Shown: positions 40,724 through 50,483, counted from the stretch's first letter. The stretch: DNA of 64,000 nt from Theionarchaea archaeon (GCA_018992685.1 JACVGT010000034.1:14735-78734), one strand, 5' to 3'. The notes: generated by a model from the letters alone, not told the origin. Program-made: numbers and translations.

Positions 40724-42062
40724 CTATCATCACCTCCCGCAGTCTGATCTTGGGTACCAGTCTCCCCTGGTAGTCCATCTGACCTTTGCCACATCCTCCA
40801 GACGCCACGTCCACCTCTTTTCCCACGGCGTCCACCTTTTTCATGGTCTCGAGGACATTTCCTGAAAGGGAGCATCCCCGTAAGTACTTTCCCAGTTCAC
40901 CATTGGAAATCTCTCGCGTGTACTGTGTGCCAAAAGAAAAGGTGCCCTCTCCCACATTTACCTGCCCACCTGCAGAATCTCCCAGAAAGAGACCTCCTCT
41001 CACATCCAGGAGTTCAGGCAGAGCATACTCTCCAGGATCAAGAATGGTATTCCCCTGCCGCACGATAGGAGTCCTGGAGAAGTATTCTGCTTTGCAGTGT
41101 CCCGTCAAAGCTGCATTGAGAAGAGCAGCAGTTTCTCTGGAATGCAGGTAGGAGGTGAGCACCCCCTCATTGATCACTGTGGTAGGACGGGCAGCAACCC
41201 CCTCATGGTCATACGGGCTGAATCCCATCAATTCCCGCGTGGGATCATCTCTCATAGTAATGCAGTCTGCAGCCACCTTCTCCCCAATTCTTCCTGCCAG
41301 TATGGACTCATTGGAAACGACGAGGTCGGCCTCCACTGCGTGACCGAATGCTTCATGCAGTAAGGTGCCGGTCAGCGTGTTGCTCAGGACACAATCCATG
41401 ACTGATGACGGGGAGTGTTCTGCCTCTACCAGGACGTCTGCCTCCCGCGCAAGCTTCGCCGTGGTCTCCATGATATTCTCCTCGTTGGTCAGGAGGTACT
41501 CCATTCCTCCCACACCTCCCCAGGTCTGTGCTCGGGACTCAATGCTGGTTCCTTCCTTGCAGGTAATACTCGCTCGGAGGTAGATGCGATCAACTCTGGT
41601 GGTAACGCTTCTTTCTTCTGATGTGGTAATATGTATGAAACGCTCAAGAGCAATCAGGCTGATGCTGAGAGAGGAAATCCTTTTGCTCTGTTCATGTGCC
41701 CTTTCCTCCATGGAAGAAAGATATTCCGTAACATTTTCATCGACAACTCTCTTTTCAGCCTTTTTCTCAACAGTGACCGTCTCAGCATCCGTCTCTCTGA
41801 CACAGACCTCATTCTTTCTGGTTTGAGCCCTGGCTGATTTCATTACCCTGTCCAGAAGAGAAGGAAGATCAGATTCGGAGGTCACCATGCCAGTCCCCCA
41901 GGATCCATTGACCAGGCATCTCAAACAGAACCCTTCATTTATTTGTACTTCACTGCTGTTGGTCTTTCGGTTTTCCCGCACCACCGTATAGACTCTTTTA
42001 TTGTCATGACGAAGATCAGCGTAGGTTGCACTGCGTTCTGACGCTTGATCAATAACGTTCAT
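40707..42062 (-). CDS. TldD family metalloprotease
   Basis: LHEAFGHAVEAD, YD.EG, GGQV, C-terminal CGK. Confidence 0.9.
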   Translation of the reverse strand: MNVIDQASERSATYADLRHDNKRVYTVVRENRKTNSSEVQINEGFCLRCLVNGSWGTGMVTSESDLPSLLDRVMKSARAQTRKNEVCVRETDAETVTVEKKAEKRVVDENVTEYLSSMEERAHEQSKRISSLSISLIALERFIHITTSEERSVTTRVDRIYLRASITCKEGTSIESRAQTWGGVGGMEYLLTNEENIMETTAKLAREADVLVEAEHSPSSVMDCVLSNTLTGTLLHEAFGHAVEADLVVSNESILAGRIGEKVAADCITMRDDPTRELMGFSPYDHEGVAARPTTVINEGVLTSYLHSRETAALLNAALTGHCKAEYFSRTPIVRQGNTILDPGEYALPELLDVRGGLFLGDSAGGQVNVGEGTFSFGTQYTREISNGELGKYLRGCSLSGNVLETMKKVDAVGKEVDVASGGCGKGQMDYQGRLVPKIRLREVMIGGRGR

Positions 42063-42285
42063 TGCTGCTACTTTCCTCGCAGCATTAAAAGGGTTTGCTC
42101 ATCCTGTGGACAATTCTTCTGCAGACTGATTCTCAGGAACTCCAACCATTCTGAAAATCAGAAGAAAGCTCACCCGGGCAGGAAAACAGTTACTTCAAGA
42201 GGGTATTGGGAAGTGCGATCTAACTCCCCGAGGCTTGAGCGAAGGGTTTGGTGAATGGCAACCAGATCGATCCGGTACGCAATAT

Positions 42286-43065
42286 TTATCGTCCTGGCAC
42301 TTTCAATTGCCCTACGACCGGGATTTCACCTTCCATCCCATGGTGGGAGGTACCCACCCCCGCTTTTTCCGCCAGCACCAGGTGTGAGATCGTCTCCGGG
42401 TTTATGCCCACTGCTCTGCAGGCACAAGAATCAACAGCAACCGGGTCAGTCCCTGCCAGAAGAAGGTCCAGTTCAACCATGGTACCTTCAAGGGGTCCCT
42501 GTCCCTCCATGGCGTAGAACCCATCCAGCAGGTAGTAATGACAGGGGAAAACGACGTTTGCATCTACTATTATCTTATCAAGGAATTTGTGGAAAATCCT
42601 CTTGTCGGGAAAAGGTATCAACCCGTACTGGTTCTTCACAGCTCCTGTGTATATGGTGAGAATATGGGTCTTCAGCTTGGCAAACGAGATGAGTACGCTC
42701 TCTTTGAGAACGTCGGGATACGGGAACGACTTGAAAAAGGTGGTATGTCCGGGATATATGGTTGTACACGGGGTCTCTGATGTATTGATAAGTTCTGCGT
42801 CCAGAGAGCTGTACCCAAACGCATCGTACGTGTCCCAGATACGCCTTAAATCCGTGTCTGATTCTACAATCATGATCTTTCTGGGGGAAAACTCAGCAAC
42901 ATATTCAACCAACCAGCTCACGAACTGGAAATCCGTGCAGGCTTCTTGACCATGGATACTCAGATTGGGCTTTATGGCTACCGTAGATCCCTTTTCAATA
43001 TACAGATCGGCAACAGCCCTGGTAAAAGCCTTTCTCTTGTCTTTTTCCTGGACGAATACAACCAC
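42286..43065 (-). CDS. DUF362 domain protein
   Basis: IKPN, KLKTH, GAVKN..G, EGQGP..G, DPVAVD. Confidence 0.88.
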   Translation of the reverse strand: MVVFVQEKDKRKAFTRAVADLYIEKGSTVAIKPNLSIHGQEACTDFQFVSWLVEYVAEFSPRKIMIVESDTDLRRIWDTYDAFGYSSLDAELINTSETPCTTIYPGHTTFFKSFPYPDVLKESVLISFAKLKTHILTIYTGAVKNQYGLIPFPDKRIFHKFLDKIIVDANVVFPCHYYLLDGFYAMEGQGPLEGTMVELDLLLAGTDPVAVDSCACRAVGINPETISHLVLAEKAGVGTSHHGMEGEIPVVGQLKVPGR

Positions 43066-43201
43066 AAGTCGTACTCTGATCGTGACATTAAAAGGTTGAG
43101 CCTAGAACCCACAGCCTGAAGATGAGCTGAACTAACACAGGCAGTGAGATCATGACGGTGGGCTGAGAAAACCTTTTAAAACTCCACTTGTGGGACGAAT
43201 T

Positions 43202-43648
43202 ATGGAAAATAAAGAGCACATTCTGGGGACTGCTTTAGAGCTGGAAGATAAGGGGTTTAGATTCTATTCTGAAGCAGCAAGAAAGACAGAAAATGAGACT
43301 GGTAGAAAAATGTTTGCTCAATTGGCCAAAGAAGAACAGGAACATATTGAAAGTCTCCGTGAAAAGTTCTCCACATTGTATCCAGAGAGAGCACACAAGG
43401 ATATACCTGTATTTGAAACAGAAGTCTCCAAGTATTCGGGTGAGGTGGAAGCACTCAAGATAGGAAGAGACATGGAGAAGGAATCCATCGCGTTCTACTC
43501 TGAATGGGCGAAGGGGGATTTGCAGCCACTGTTTGCTTCATTGATTGAGTTCGAGAAGAAACATCTCGAAGTGCTGGAAGCAGAGCTGGACTATGTGCTG
43601 AGAACTGGATACTGGTTTGATTATTTTGAGTCTTCACTGGAGGATTAG
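43202..43648 (+). CDS. Ferritin/rubrerythrin-like protein
   Basis: E..G..FY, EE..H, E...FY, E..H di-iron pattern. Confidence 0.85.
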   Translation: MENKEHILGTALELEDKGFRFYSEAARKTENETGRKMFAQLAKEEQEHIESLREKFSTLYPERAHKDIPVFETEVSKYSGEVEALKIGRDMEKESIAFYSEWAKGDLQPLFASLIEFEKKHLEVLEAELDYVLRTGYWFDYFESSLED

Positions 43649-43675
43649 AGCCAGGTCCTGGAAGAGTGATGGAGA

Positions 43676-44755
43676 ATGAGTTCTGTCCTTATCTTCGATT
43701 CTGAATATCCTGTTTCGAGGGCTGCAATAAGCTTGATTTTCTCTCATTTCACTCCTCCTACAGTCAGAACACTCGTAAAGCCAAACCTACTGGGAGGATT
43801 CGAATGTGACCGACATGTTACCACACATCCATCGCTTATTCAGGCCTTGGTGGAGTACCTTGAACAGGCCGGAATACCTCTCACTGTGGGGGATAATCCT
43901 GCTGGCAAGAAGAACCTTATGGAAAGGGCGAAAAGAGCAGGTATCTACCAGGCCAGCAAAGGCTACTTCGAGGATATTTCAGATGGTACAAAAGTCACAA
44001 CGAGATCAAATTACTTTTCAGAGCTAGTAGTCTCAAGGAAGGTCATGGAATCTCCCTATATTGTGAACGTTCCGAAATTTAAGACTCACATGCAGACTAT
44101 TATTACCGGGGCAGTCAAGAACATGTTTGGCATACTGCCTGGAGAAGAAAAGTCCATGGTGCATTGTGCTGCTCGCTCTCTGGATCAGTTTTCCCGGGCA
44201 CTGGTAGATGTGTATGCAATTCGTCCTCCCCACCTGAATGTTATGGATGCAATCATGGTCATGGAGGGAAACGGGCCTTCATCTGGAACTCCCCGGCACC
44301 TTGGAAAGATACTGGCTTCAGACAATGGAGTAGAACTGGACGCCGTCATGGCATATATGATGGGCCTTGACCCTCACGAAGTCCCCATGCTTGAATATGC
44401 ACACCGCCAGGGACTGGGCGCCATTGACATTGATGAGATTGACATTATAGGAGACATCAAGAAAATACCCCATTTCAGGGTTCCCTCCAGGACGCTGGTC
44501 ACGGTTATTACCCCGGTGAGCTCACGGTACTATGACTTCATGGCAGTAAAGCCCACACTGAACAGGAACAAATGTACACGATGTTATGAGTGTGTTGAGA
44601 AGTGTCCCGTTTCAGCCCTCCAGCGTAACCACTATCCCCGTCTCAACAGAGAGAAATGCGTGTCCTGCTTTTGCTGTGTAGAAATCTGTGAGAATCAGGC
44701 CATGGAAGTCCCCTCGCGGGCCAGAGATCTATTTAACAGACTTCTTAAAATGTAG
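43676..44755 (+). CDS. DUF362 domain + 2x[4Fe-4S] ferredoxin protein
   Basis: KPN, TTHP, PKFKTH, EGNGP; CTRCYECVEKCP and CVSCFCCVEIC. Confidence 0.9.
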   Translation: MSSVLIFDSEYPVSRAAISLIFSHFTPPTVRTLVKPNLLGGFECDRHVTTHPSLIQALVEYLEQAGIPLTVGDNPAGKKNLMERAKRAGIYQASKGYFEDISDGTKVTTRSNYFSELVVSRKVMESPYIVNVPKFKTHMQTIITGAVKNMFGILPGEEKSMVHCAARSLDQFSRALVDVYAIRPPHLNVMDAIMVMEGNGPSSGTPRHLGKILASDNGVELDAVMAYMMGLDPHEVPMLEYAHRQGLGAIDIDEIDIIGDIKKIPHFRVPSRTLVTVITPVSSRYYDFMAVKPTLNRNKCTRCYECVEKCPVSALQRNHYPRLNREKCVSCFCCVEICENQAMEVPSRARDLFNRLLKM

Positions 44756-45169
44756 AGTACATTCTTTTTCGCCCTGGCACATATGGGTTTCAAAGGTGAC
44801 TGTGTAGGGAGCCTTGTATTCTTTCGCCCATTCGTTGTACAGCATAGGACAGATTGTCGCACCAACTCTTCCAGCAGTGTTTTCTCTTCCCGAGCTTTTC
44901 ATGATTTCCCACCAGGGGCACTGTTCAATGATTACACCATATTTTTCAAGACGGTACGTATATTCCTCAGAATCCCATTTCAGTCTCAGGCTTTCAAAGA
45001 AATCTTTTCCTAATTTCATGGCAGTCCTGGCCTGGATCTTGGCCACAATCTTCCACACTCTCTTATCCAGTTCCAGAGCGTATTCAAACGAACTCTCCTC
45101 TTCCACCATGATAAACCACAGACCATCTACTGCAAAATAGGATTTCTTGAAATACTCGAGACTGTCCAT
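44729..45169 (-). CDS. DUF6125-like (ATC-hydrolase/V4R-like fold) protein
   Basis: AVDGLWF, A.ELD..VW, CPW, C...C pattern; start set at ATG 45169. Confidence 0.65.
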   Translation of the reverse strand: MDSLEYFKKSYFAVDGLWFIMVEEESSFEYALELDKRVWKIVAKIQARTAMKLGKDFFESLRLKWDSEEYTYRLEKYGVIIEQCPWWEIMKSSGRENTAGRVGATICPMLYNEWAKEYKAPYTVTFETHMCQGEKECTLHFKKSVK

Positions 45170-45280
45170 GGATTGGGTTGGCGTTTGCTCTTTTAATTGT
45201 TTGGGTTGGTCCCACAATAGGATAACCTGGAGAGCACATTGCTCGGCACCTTGAATCCTGAATCCCCTGTTCCTGAGGGT

Positions 45281-45430
45281 GACTTCTTCAAGAGCTCCCC
45301 CACCAGATATGCTGTCACGTGGACCTTGAATCTTCGTGTCGGTGTACACATATACGCACCTGTGTTCCACAGCCCTTTGACCGTCCTGATTGTCTACCTA
45401 AATCATCTGGTTGATCACCTGGTTGCCAGG
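45281..45430 (-). mobile_element. Possible degenerate IS1634/IS4-like transposase fragment
   Basis: Joining frames gives IRTVKG-VEHRCVYVYTDTKIQG-HVTAYLVGELLKK, resembling FRxLK...RPVYH.T..RI.AHV....AYL. Confidence 0.3.
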
Positions 45431-45576
45431 CCGTACCCTCACGACAAGTACATTCTTATATGTCGACTTGACAGTCATACAAGAGTCACTGAACGTTGAC
45501 TTTTCGTCCTGGAGGACAAAAAAGATTGTAGAAGTGAAAGAACCGGTTCGGGACAGGCACAGGAGGAGGAATAACC

Positions 45577-46014
45577 ATGAGATTTGAAAGGATGTTGGAC
45601 CAAGACCAAGAGCCCACCCGCGAAGACATGCTCAGAGCCGTTGGAGAAAACGCAGGGCTGTGGCAAGATCTTCTGGAATACCTTGAAACACACTATGATC
45701 ATGTCTCCGACCTGGATTTCGGAGGAAAAAAGTACGGTTGGGCTATGCGATATCGTAAGAGTGGCAAAACACTCGTCACGCTTTTTCCTGAGAAAGGAGC
45801 ATTCACGGCCCTTGTTGTACTGGGCCGAAAGGAAGTAGAAAAGGCACAGGCCCTTCTGGACGATTTGAGTCCGGATGTGCGTGCGTTGTTAGAAAATACG
45901 CAGCAGCTTCATGACGGCCGCTGGCTCTGGATCAGACCTGGTTGTCAGGCGGACATTGAGTCCATAAAGGCCCTTCTGAGTACAAAACGTAAGCCAAGAC
46001 CAAAAAACCCTTGA
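45577..46014 (+). CDS. DUF3788 family protein
   Basis: GKKYGW..RY.K.GKTL.TLFP, HDGRWLW, K.KP; GGAGGA RBS. Confidence 0.82.
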   Translation: MRFERMLDQDQEPTREDMLRAVGENAGLWQDLLEYLETHYDHVSDLDFGGKKYGWAMRYRKSGKTLVTLFPEKGAFTALVVLGRKEVEKAQALLDDLSPDVRALLENTQQLHDGRWLWIRPGCQADIESIKALLSTKRKPRPKNP

Positions 46015-46373
46015 AAAAGAGCTTTTTATTCCATTTTTGCCATTATCGCCTCTTTTTAATTGTATGTGGGAAAAGAGATGCTAGGTATCTTTGTATCTAT
46101 GGAGTCTTTCTAAGCTGGGGATAGATGGTTCAATCTAATCGCATTCAGCAGTTTTCTTAGCAGAGTGAGATCGTAGACAAATCTATGGCAATTGAGGTGT
46201 ATTCCAAGGTACGTTGGATCGAATCTAATCCAATGACCTGCAACGTACCATTTCCACTTTATGTCCGCCAAGAATCTGGCCGGTAGAAACCTTCTCTCAT
46301 TCCTCAGCTCGACCCATAAAGACTTTAAGCAAACCTTTTCTCAGTACAGCAACAAGAAACGGGAAGTGAAATT

Positions 46374-46517
46374 ATGACACTAGAAGCAGGAGAAAAACCT
46401 GGAAAAGGAAAGTACAAATGCACGAACTGTGCTGAGGTCATTACGCTAGAAGATCCTTCAGATGTCTTACCTGCATGCCCGGCATGCACGCAGACAGAGT
46501 GGAAGAAGCATGAATGA
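46374..46517 (+). CDS. Small zinc-ribbon protein (47 aa)
   Basis: MTLEAGEKPGKGKYKCTNCAEVITLEDPSDVLPACPACTQTEWKKHE, two CxxC; upstream TATA-like ctttaag; downstream T-tract. Confidence 0.8.
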   Translation: MTLEAGEKPGKGKYKCTNCAEVITLEDPSDVLPACPACTQTEWKKHE

Positions 46518-46971
46518 TTCACCACTCATTTCTCCTTTTTTTCTTTCAGTGTGACTCTCAGTCTGAAATCAATGATTATCGTTTCCACTTCTCCAGTTTT
46601 CAGCCTCTGTCACACAGTTGTCCCCTTCGCTCCTAAATGAAGGAGCTGGACATCAGCCCAGCTCCCAGGTGATATCCGCCTTCTGCAAGATCTGTGCATC
46701 GTGCTGCGTTCTGATGTCACAACTCAGCAGTCTGTCAGGTCAACCCCGACAGATAAAGGCCGATATCTCTTCTGCGCAGGTCCAGATATTAACATGCCGA
46801 GATTTTATGTGAGCATTTCCCCACAGAGATCACACTCTTTCATGAAAATCACAGGGAATCAAATTCAAGCACGGCCACAGTACACTCTTCTCCTACAGCT
46901 CAAATGGAAGATGTAAATCTTTATAAGCTTCTTCAGCAAAGAGGCCGAAATCATGAACCGAGGTTGATAAG

Positions 46972-47217
46972 ATGGATCCCTTATATGTTGTGAATCTGGT
47001 CCTCTGTATCATTATCGTGGCTCTCGGATACTGGGGTTCCAAGAAAAGTGGCGATTCAGTACCGCTCTACATTGGCATTGCCTTTGGACTTTTCGGTATA
47101 TCACATTTGTCAATCCTTTTGGGGCTGAAGGACACCCTCGAAACCCCTCTGATTATTGTCAGATTGTTGGCATACCTGGTAGTGATATTCGCCCTGTACA
47201 AAGTTGCCAAGAAATAA
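46972..47217 (+). CDS. Small 3-TM membrane protein
   Basis: GAGG RBS; TATA tttataag ~46920; T-rich terminator after stop. Confidence 0.75.
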   Translation: MDPLYVVNLVLCIIIVALGYWGSKKSGDSVPLYIGIAFGLFGISHLSILLGLKDTLETPLIIVRLLAYLVVIFALYKVAKK

Positions 47218-47220
47218 GTA

Positions 47221-47240
47221 TTCCTCTTTTCTTTTTTTTT
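47221..47240 (+). terminator. Oligo-T archaeal terminator
   Basis: ttcctcttttcttttttttt immediately after stop 47217. Confidence 0.6.
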
Positions 47241-47294
47241 CGCGTCCTCAGAAGCAAAAAGCATATTCCCACATCGACGGAAGAAAGAAGTACT

Positions 47295-48269
47295 TCATCC
47301 AACGACTGACGGATCTTTTCTCCAGTAGCATTGTACTAATGCATGTGCTTCACTCTGGATGATCTTTCTCTTGAGAAGGTCTCGAAGAAGCAGTGGAATG
47401 TGCAGCCTGTTGATGTCCTGCATCACATAGTCATCACTCTTCATGGAGCCCCTGTCCAGCCACACATCCATGAACAGGTTGTCTGAAACCCTGTAGAACC
47501 AGGTAGTGGTGGGTAGGTGAGAAAAGAGCTCAATGACGAAATCTTCATAGTCGGTCTCCACCATGAAGACATAGGGGTCGTATGCAGGGACAGTCTCGGG
47601 GAAGTAGCACGTGAAGATGGTGCAGCATTCAGGAAGGCGTTCCAGCCACTGGTACGCACTTCCACTCCAGATATTGTGTTTGGCCTTGACGATGGGCTCC
47701 AGTGGTTTCCTGAGATTGTATTTCAATTCTCTGAAGAGTATTTCATCCGTCTCATTCCATTCTATGGATTCTGACCAGTGTGTGTTGATGAGCCCCTGGG
47801 GTAAGTATGTCTCTGGATCAAAGGTGTCCACCATTTCCTGCATGGTCTTGATGGAGTGTTCCCACGAGTGGTCTGGAGCATATGAGATATAGTAGTCCGA
47901 ACGACGTCCTCCCACCACAACCCCATCCAGGTCAAGCTCTTTCAGAGAGATAATGCGCAGATTTGAAAACCCATCCATGAGGGTGTGGTAGACGACATCA
48001 CTGTCTTGAGTGTATGTGCGGAATAACCCGATGGGATCATCACTGCGAATAAAGTAGACATATTCTGCAAAACTCGAAAATGATCTCTTTCTGATCTGTG
48101 GCCCCACAATGTATCCTTTCTCAACTGCGTCTCTTAACCTGGCGCCTGCCGTATTACGGTTTATCCCTAATGCGCTGGCAGCGTCTTTAACCTTGACCCG
48201 GGGGGACCTGTCCAACAGCTGGTATATGATCCTGTATTCTCTTTTGAGGCGTTTTTCAGTGAACTTCAT
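47295..48269 (-). CDS. Double-HTH (Lrp/AsnC-like wHTH) regulator, copy 1
   Basis: N-terminal IYQLLDRSPRVKVKDAASALGINRNTAGARL...GYI; second DEILFRELKYNLRKP... module; ATG 48269 with AGGT RBS. Confidence 0.75.
   Translation of the reverse strand: MKFTEKRLKREYRIIYQLLDRSPRVKVKDAASALGINRNTAGARLRDAVEKGYIVGPQIRKRSFSSFAEYVYFIRSDDPIGLFRTYTQDSDVVYHTLMDGFSNLRIISLKELDLDGVVVGGRRSDYYISYAPDHSWEHSIKTMQEMVDTFDPETYLPQGLINTHWSESIEWNETDEILFRELKYNLRKPLEPIVKAKHNIWSGSAYQWLERLPECCTIFTCYFPETVPAYDPYVFMVETDYEDFVIELFSHLPTTTWFYRVSDNLFMDVWLDRGSMKSDDYVMQDINRLHIPLLLRDLLKRKIIQSEAHALVQCYWRKDPSVVG
47314..48139. repeat. Direct repeat copy 1 (of 48813-49635)
   Basis: About 15 mismatches in ~775 aligned nt by manual count, excluding divergent block 47649-47699. 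Confidence 0.95.
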
Positions 48270-48561
48270 GTCTCTTACCTTTTCGATTTGCAAGATCCTC
48301 CAACCAGTCACACGTAGCTCTGGTTGAACAGAGATGCCTTTCCGAGGTGGGTTCTCGTTTCACCCTTAAAAGATTTTCTGCTTTCAAAGGGATCACTTGA
48401 GTCTTAGTCCAAGAAAAATTGCAGGAATCATTCATAGCTGCTTTAGATTCACTCGGGAGTCTCTAGATTCTGAAATCTTGAAGTATGGCCTGGTAAGGCT
48501 GAAAGCTTGCCTAGAAGAGTCGTGAAGCGACTTTACATTTCGGATTTGCCGTGTTTGATGG

Positions 48562-48603
48562 CAACATTTTTAAAGTAGGCATGAGAATTGAGTAACGAGG
48601 TGG
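48562..48603 (+). promoter_or_regulatory. TATA box and RBS of peptide gene
   Basis: caacattttttaaag then GAGGTGG just upstream of ATG 48609. Confidence 0.55.
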
Positions 48604-48608
48604 AAGAG

Positions 48609-48800
48609 ATGAAAAAGATCTTGGTTCTCCTGCTCTTGGTAGGGGTTTTCATAGGAACCTCAGTGACGGCTGCTGAAGCTTGTGGAGACGTCTTCTCTGA
48701 CGACACTGAACCAGAAGATCCCGCACCAGGGAATGCAGCTCCTGATAACCCGCTGCCTCTTGGTGGAGGCGGTGGAAACGGTGGAGGCGCTCCAGGTTAG
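48609..48800 (+). CDS. Small secreted peptide (63 aa) with Gly-rich C-terminus
   Basis: MKK + hydrophobic signal peptide + acidic/Pro spacer + NPLPLGGGGGNGGGAPG; own TATA and RBS. Confidence 0.8.
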   Translation: MKKILVLLLLVGVFIGTSVTAAEACGDVFSDDTEPEDPAPGNAAPDNPLPLGGGGGNGGGAPG

Positions 48801-48802
48801 AT

Positions 48803-49801
48803 TCATGTGAGGTCTTTTCTCCAGTAGCATTGTACTAATGCATGTGCTTCACTCTGGATGATCTCTCTTTTGAGCAGGTCTCGAACCAGCAGTGGAATGT
48901 GCAACCTGTTGATGTCCTGCATCACATAGTCATCACTCTTCATGGAGCCCCTGTCCAGCCACACATCCATGAACAGGGTGTCTGAAACCCTGTAGAACCA
49001 GGTAGTGGTGGGCAGGTGAGAAAAGAGCTCAATGACGAAATCTTCATAGTCGGTCTCCACCATGAAGACATAGGGGTCGTATGCAGGGACAGTCTCGGGG
49101 AAGTAGCACGTGAAGATGGTGCAGCATTCAGGAAGGCGTTCCAGCCAGCCACTGATGTCGCCTGCAGAAATATGATGGGCTTTCATGAGGGGAGTCAGTG
49201 GTTTCCTGAGATTGTATTTCAATTCTCTGAAGAGTATTTCATCCGTCTCACTCCATTCTACAGATTCTGACCAGTGCGTGTTGATGAGCCCCTGGGGTAA
49301 GTATGTCTCTGGATCAAAGGTGTCCACCATTTCCTGCATGGTCTTGATGGAGTGTTCCCACGAGTGGTCTGGAGCATATGAGATATAGTAGTCCGAACGG
49401 CGTCCTCCCACCACAACCCCATCCAGGTCAAGCTCTTTCAGAGAGATAATACGCAGATTTGAAAACCCATCCATGAGGGTGTGGTAGACGACATCACTGT
49501 CCTGAGTGTATGTGCGGAATAACCCGATGGGATCATCACTGCGAATAAAGTAGACATATTCTGCAAAACTCGAAAATGATCTCTTTCTGATCTGTGGCCC
49601 CACAATGTATCCTTTCTCAACTGCGTCTCTTAACCGTTTCCCTGCATTGCTTGGACGCAACTTCAGGAATCTGGAAAGGTATCTGACTTGTATTCGCGGA
49701 TTCTTGTCCAACGTGTTGAAGATTACTCTGACGTCTCTCTTCCGTTCTTCTGGAACATCCAGTATGTTCATCTCCATCTCCCGTCCTTTAAGATCCGCCA
49801 T
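48803..49801 (-). CDS. Double-HTH (Lrp/AsnC-like wHTH) regulator, copy 2
   Basis: Paralog of 47295-48269; start may be 49771 or 49777. Confidence 0.75.
   Translation of the reverse strand: MADLKGREMEMNILDVPEERKRDVRVIFNTLDKNPRIQVRYLSRFLKLRPSNAGKRLRDAVEKGYIVGPQIRKRSFSSFAEYVYFIRSDDPIGLFRTYTQDSDVVYHTLMDGFSNLRIISLKELDLDGVVVGGRRSDYYISYAPDHSWEHSIKTMQEMVDTFDPETYLPQGLINTHWSESVEWSETDEILFRELKYNLRKPLTPLMKAHHISAGDISGWLERLPECCTIFTCYFPETVPAYDPYVFMVETDYEDFVIELFSHLPTTTWFYRVSDTLFMDVWLDRGSMKSDDYVMQDINRLHIPLLVRDLLKREIIQSEAHALVQCYWRKDLT
48813..49635. repeat. Direct repeat copy 2 (of 47314-48139)
   Basis: Near-identical except block 49148-49195. Confidence 0.95.
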
Positions 49802-50483
49802 CCCTGTACACAGCGAGATGCAACATTCAATGCTGCATAAATACCTTTTATTGGTTCTTTATAAATATTGTGGAGCCAGGCCTTGCTGTTTTCATATTTT
49901 TAGACAAGTTCTTAGAGCAGAGATTTTCAAGAGTAAAAAATAGCACGGAATAATAATATAATTACGCAATTTTGAACTGAGGGACAGGAGAAGCAGCTAG
50001 GGTTTCTTTGGAAAACGAGGCTATGGAAGATACGTCCCGACCGGAGAAATACCCAAGCCACATTTGGTAGGCACATGGTCTCTGAATGTGATGGACACTG
50101 ATTGCCGGCTGTGACGTCACCTCTCATCACGCCTCAACAACTCAACCTTTCTAGAATGAGAAGGGAGGCGGAATCCTTGGCGGTGATAGCTTTGAAGCAG
50201 GTCCCGCCTCCATGCAAGAATCTGATATGGTTTTTATATAATCGTTTGGTCTGCACAGAACAGAGCAAACCCAAGTCCACCACCAAAGGACGTCTACGCA
50301 AGAATACCTGGATGTTCAAGCACTTCTTTGGATTGAGAAGACTGTCCTACATTCAGATCGATACGCAGTTTGAGGAGAACGTAGGTTCAGTACAGTGTAC
50401 AGAGTTGATGAAAGCACAGGGTGCTCAGACTGCCAGAACCTCCCTCCTGCAGCTCTCACTTCCCAGAATTGACAGTTCGAGTA

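Noticed and set aside
47314-49635. Diversity-generating retroelement TR/VR pair
   Set aside because: Differences are not adenine-specific and include an indel, both copies are full genes, and there is no reverse transcriptase in the window.
50164-50211. Archaeal SECIS element
   Set aside because: GAA is present but the opposing A is missing, and no in-frame TGA selenoprotein was found nearby.
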